Assembly: GCA_036867785.1 (NCBI GenBank)
Contig: CP145411.1
Span: 248,001 to 312,000, forward strand
Length of the DNA: 64,000 bases
Direction of reading: 5' to 3'
From: Plasmodiophora brassicae
Taxonomy: Eukaryota
The translations under genes were made by a program, and so were the position numbers. A model generated the notes under the pieces. It had not been told where the DNA came from. It worked only from the letters and a program-made list of their open reading frames with translations, and did not search any database. Positions 59,327 through 64,000 of the stretch are shown piece after piece. Within the stretch, counting starts at the first letter, position 1. Each line of letters starts with the position of its first letter.

Positions 59327-60624
59327 TCAACGTGGTACGGATTTTAATGGCACAGGCCATGGGAGGCGGTAGTCGAGGTCAAGGTGGGTTTCGAGCTGTG
59401 GAGAATCTGCGGGCATCTGTGCCCATAGGAGTTTCCAGGAAGTGGGTTGGTCGCGAAGCAGGGCGTGGACTGCTCCCCAGGTTATGGCGATGAGGTTCTC
59501 GTGGAGGTTGCCCAGGAGGACTTGGCCGACGCAGTCACCTGGAAGTTCGGGTAGGTGGATCCACTGGAACTTGTCGTTAACGAGGGCCATTTTCCAGATG
59601 GTTGATACCTTGCTGTCGTCAACACTTTCTACCTTGGTGAAAATCACGTTATCTTGCCAAACTGTCAGGCTGTGCGAGTCGAACAGCTTCAAACCAGGCG
59701 GCGGCGGAAGGTCGGTCCACGTGCATGTTTCGAGGTTGATGCCACGGAACCGATGCGTAACCTTGTCATCAATTGCCCTAATGCCGAACAAGATGAATCC
59801 ACGAAAACGCATTGCATGCACGGGAACAATCGGGAAGTGCTGGGCGTCGTTGAACGCATCAGGACCCAGTTGAGTAACAACGCCGTCGTCGCTAACTCGA
59901 ATTAGGTGGAGCAAGTAATGAACCTTTGACCGGTCCGCGCGGCCGAACGCGATGTATAGCGCGGCGCCAATCCTCGCAAATACGACTGTTCGAAGAAACG
60001 AATTGACGTGTTCCTCGTACACTTCGCTGGGTGAACCACTTCGGAAATGCTCATAAAGGTACCTGACGAGGGGGCCAACGTCGCGAAGCAACAACTGTTT
60101 CTGGAACAGTCTCGTAAAGAGAACATCTCGCGCGAAGTCATCGATTGGAGCGACAATGCGAACTTCCATGTCATTTCTGATGGACCGCGATGTTAGCCAC
60201 CGGCACGAAACGCTATCAAAGAAACGATCCCGGCCGCCCCAGTTGAAGAACAGAACGTCGCGGTTATCCATTAATGGTAGCGTCATTCTGCACCATTGCC
60301 GGTTAACTCCTACAATATGGATGCCAGTATCACGTGGTTGTATAAGGGCTAAACTAATGGACGACTCTTACGGGCGATTCTCGACAAGTCCACAGAAATG
60401 CCAAGGAACGCAAGAACATGCCGGCCCTGTACCCGCATGACTGTATCCAGGCTGCAAGAACAACGCGTCCCCAACCGCAACCGCTTTCGTGGTAGAAAGA
60501 CGCCACATGAACCATTGGTCCGGAACGAATCACTGGTTACGGATACGGCAGCAGTCGAACATGGCTTCCAGTGGCAGCGTGTGCACGCATCATCATCGAC
60601 CCGCCGACGCCGACTCGTAGTCAT
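59327..60624 (-). CDS. F-box-like protein with kelch/beta-propeller-like C-terminus
   Basis: HVLAFLGISVDLSRIA|..VNRQWCRM across a short intron resembles an F-box; TWTDLPPPP and QWIHLPELP resemble kelch blades. Confidence 0.5.
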
Positions 60625-61591
60625 CTGCGGCCACGGCGGCTGTAAATGACCGTTCGCCCGCGTTCGGAGTCATGATGACGCAGTCCGGCTCCCAAAATGA
60701 TTTTAGCGAGGCTTCGATTTCTGGTCAAAAAAATCCAACAGAAATCACCTTCTCTGTGCTCCGGGTGACACTCCAGACAGGTTGATCGTGCAGCCAGATC
60801 GGTCCTGAAACTCTTCAATGGAATTGTAGAACATCACTCTGGGTCAGTTTTTACAAGCCATTGATGACATGCAGATGCGCGCGTTGCCGATCGCCGTTGG
60901 TTGAATGCTGCGGATAAGGAATGACTGGCAAGCCTGGACGGCAAGTCCCGCTGCACTGCGCGGATCCCTAGCCTGCCGTTTTATAGCCAGGACCATGCGG
61001 CTGTATCATCTGGCTTATCTCTACCAGCACAGATCAGTGGATGATGTTAAGGATATATGTAATCATGTCGCCAACGGAGCCGGTGGCCGGTGCATCGCAC
61101 TTCAACGCCGCACAATGGTACATACAGAGTATAGGTGGGTGGAGGTGTCGGTTGCCTCCCGATCGACCCCAAGTCGATGTCGCAAAGCTGCGACGGATGA
61201 ATATTGTCTGAATGGCAACCCGACCGGCCGGAGAATATCTGAAACCGGACCAAGGTGATGTTAGTAGTACCTAGCAGGTAGGGATCCGTTCCAGTTGCAT
61301 ACCAGGCGATTGTGCGACAATGGAGACTGTGCTACCGATGAATGCAGTGGCGAATGGGCTCGTGAGAATGCAGACGCCCAAGCTGCAATCAAGCCCAACG
61401 GCTGCCGGCGCGGAATTGTGCTTGCACGCGCAAGTATTCGGCCCTGCCCGCGCCATGGGTGGCACCAAAGCGGTCGCACGACGTCGGGTCATCGGCGCGT
61501 GCGCGCTGAGCTCGAAGTGGGAAGGGGCCTTCGCGTAGATGTACCTGGCTCGGACCGTCTGAAGCTGCAGCGCCGTCGGGGGACTCCGTAG

Positions 61592-64000
61592 ATGATGTTG
61601 CGTCGAGGATTGGCGACATCGGCGTCTCTGGCGCGGGGCGCCGCTCGGCGTCCACTGCCTGTCAAGGTCGGCGACCTGATCGAAGGGTTCCGCGTCAATG
61701 CGATCGACCCGGTGCCACCGTACGACATGCACATGTTGCAGGTTGGAATGTTCGTTGCGGAATGTGAACCGCAGCGTGCTGATGTTGCCCCCAGATGGTG
61801 CATGAGCGGACAGGTGCAGAGTACGTCCATATCGATACGGCCGACACCAACAATACGTTCGCCGTCATCTTTCGTACGCCGCCAACCTCAGACAATGGTA
61901 AGTGCGTCATGATCGACGATTGCTGGTTACGTTCTCCTGATGCGTGGCGATAGGTGTCGCCCATATCCTCGAGCACACCGCGCTTTGCGGCTCGAAGCAA
62001 TTCCCAGTGCGCGATCCGTTCTTCCACATGCTTCGACGGTCCCTTCAGAATTTCATGAACGCGCTGACTGGCCCGGATTACACAATGTAGTGATGACGTT
62101 GCCGGTGACGTTGCCGGAGAACGTTCTGACGGTGACGCTCGCGCGCAGGTATCCGTTCTCGACTTCGCACGTCGAAGATTTCGGCAACCTTCTCAGCGTG
62201 TACTGTGACGCCGTTTTTAATCCGCTTCTGACATACAACGACTTTCGACAGGAAGGTCTGTCTGCGTACAGCTGTTTGCGGTACATCGTTCTGTACTTAG
62301 GCACATGCAATGAACAGGGCACCGTCTGGAACACGAAATCTGGCACAGCCCGGAGTCGCCAGTTCAGATCAAGGGTATCGTGTACAACGAGATGAAAGGG
62401 GCTATGTCCGATCCAGGTGCCTTCTGCTATGCCATGTGAACAACAGTATCTGATGTACGCGGCTCTAGCATCCGTCTTGCATCAGGAACTATGTTCCCGA
62501 ATGTTCCCCCATTCGGCTTACCGATTCAATTCCGGTGGCGAACCGCATGCAATTACGTCCTTAACGCATGAAGAGTTAGTCGAGTTCCACCGGCGACATT
62601 ACCACCCCAGCAACGCCCGCTTCTTTTCGTAATGTCGCATGGCCCTCGTCCATATCCGCCGCTTATTGTGTCAATAGGTACGGCGACCTTCCTCCTCAGC
62701 TGCGGTACCTCAACGAAACCGTTCTATCGCGGTTCGAACGATGTGACGTAAACACGGAAGTTAGCTTGCAGTTCCCGTTCGACAAGGCCCCTGCTCCTTA
62801 CCGTTTCAAGGGTCCACCGGATTCAATGGTTCAGTACTGATATAGCGGACCCTACTAGCTTGCAGAGCGACTGAATAATGTGTCCATCCAGGTCATTGAC
62901 CCACAGAAGCAGACTACTGTCACCAAGTCGTTCCTCTGCATGGACATCCCGTCAGCAGATCCGGTTGACGTGACCGCCTTTTCATTGATATCTAATCTCC
63001 TGCTTCACGGATCTGATTCTCCAATGCACCGGGCGTTGATAGCACCCAACATCGGCTCCGGGTTCTCCTCAGTAACGGGCTTGATGCCAATGCGGCAGTT
63101 AGTCTGGTCGGTTGGCTTGCAAGGCGTTGCCTCTAGTGATGTCGACAAGGTTGCCGATATCATCAGGTCGACCATACGCGATTGTATGCTGAGCGGATTT
63201 GAGTCTAAGCGCGTAGACGCGATTCTTCACCGATATCGTCTGAGCCAACAGGAAATTCGGACGCAGTTTGGCCTCAACATTTTAAATCGAGTTATGCCAC
63301 GATGGCTTCACGGAAAGCCACCACTTCCTGCTATGCAGCTAGAAGCCCATCTGAAGGAGATTTCGACTCGAATGTCCCGTGGTCCATATCTGGAACAGCT
63401 TATGCGACGGCATCTCTTCGATAACAGTGAGAACCGGTGCTCTTTATGTCGATACGCTATCTGATGTCTGCTGAAGCTCACCAGCTTACTCTGGTGATGG
63501 AGGCGGACCCCGACTATATCTCCAACAAGATTGCCGCTGAGGACGAGAAGTTGAAGAGCACGCCGATCCCTGAACACATTGTGGAAGAAGCGCAAGCACT
63601 TGGGGAGGCGCAGGAGAAACCACAGGATACGCGCTGTTTACCGACATTGCATACCTCTGACATTCCTCCTGAGAACCCAAATGAGTGCACCGATATTACT
63701 GTCGACGTCCCTCGCCGTCGGAAATGTGAATGCTGGCATACGCCACGCTGGGCCTCACAGTATGTGTATAGGAGATATCAAATCCTTCTTTGTCCATCAG
63801 CCTACGAATGGCCTGGTTTACACAGACCTGCTGTTCGAGACTGAGAACGTCCCTACCCACCTGCGCCATCTGCTTCCTCTCTTCTGCAGGTGAGCCTGCG
63901 TTGAAGTCTGATATGGCCATTCCTTATTCATTTGGCACAGCGTCGTGGCTTCCCTGGGTGCTGCTGGGAAATCGTATGAGGAAATGTCCCATCTTCGATC
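61592..64000 (+). CDS. PITRM1: Mitochondrial presequence protease (M16C), 3' part outside the window
   Basis: Presequence, [44 protein letters not shown]. Confidence 0.95.

Noticed and set aside
1-64000. tRNA, rRNA, telomeric repeats or prokaryotic operons
   Set aside because: None recognised by eye; a tRNAscan/Rfam run would be needed to exclude small RNAs.

Overview
Gene-dense, GC-rich eukaryotic DNA with about 40 protein genes, very short spliceosomal introns (about 50-65 nt) and tiny intergenic spacers. Ciliary transition-zone genes (TMEM231, MKS1), a chitin-precursor enzyme (UAP1) and secreted ankyrin proteins suggest a flagellated intracellular protist parasite, most consistent with a plasmodiophorid such as Plasmodiophora (inference, not verified). 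Most genes are housekeeping: COPA, TEM1/Spg1, LCMT1, MAF1, PCMT, LSM6, PSMB1, CCT6, UAP1, TIM50, NUP96, RPT1, GPD1, mL41, ARC1, PreP. About seven secreted candidate effectors are interspersed. Highlights: (1) a signal peptide + SKP1-like + ankyrin array + NLS protein, a possible self-contained host SCF-adaptor mimic; (2) a decayed piggyBac-like element right upstream of it, whose transposase has a spliced CCHC zinc-knuckle exon; (3) bZIP-type TGACGTCA/TGASTCA sites 50-210 bp upstream of six secreted-protein genes; (4) an intronless, bacterial-looking Ste24/M48 protease; (5) a stand-alone Nup96; (6) a frameshifted CRN/REase-like gene at the left edge. Exon boundaries were read by eye, so multi-exon coordinates are gene spans.
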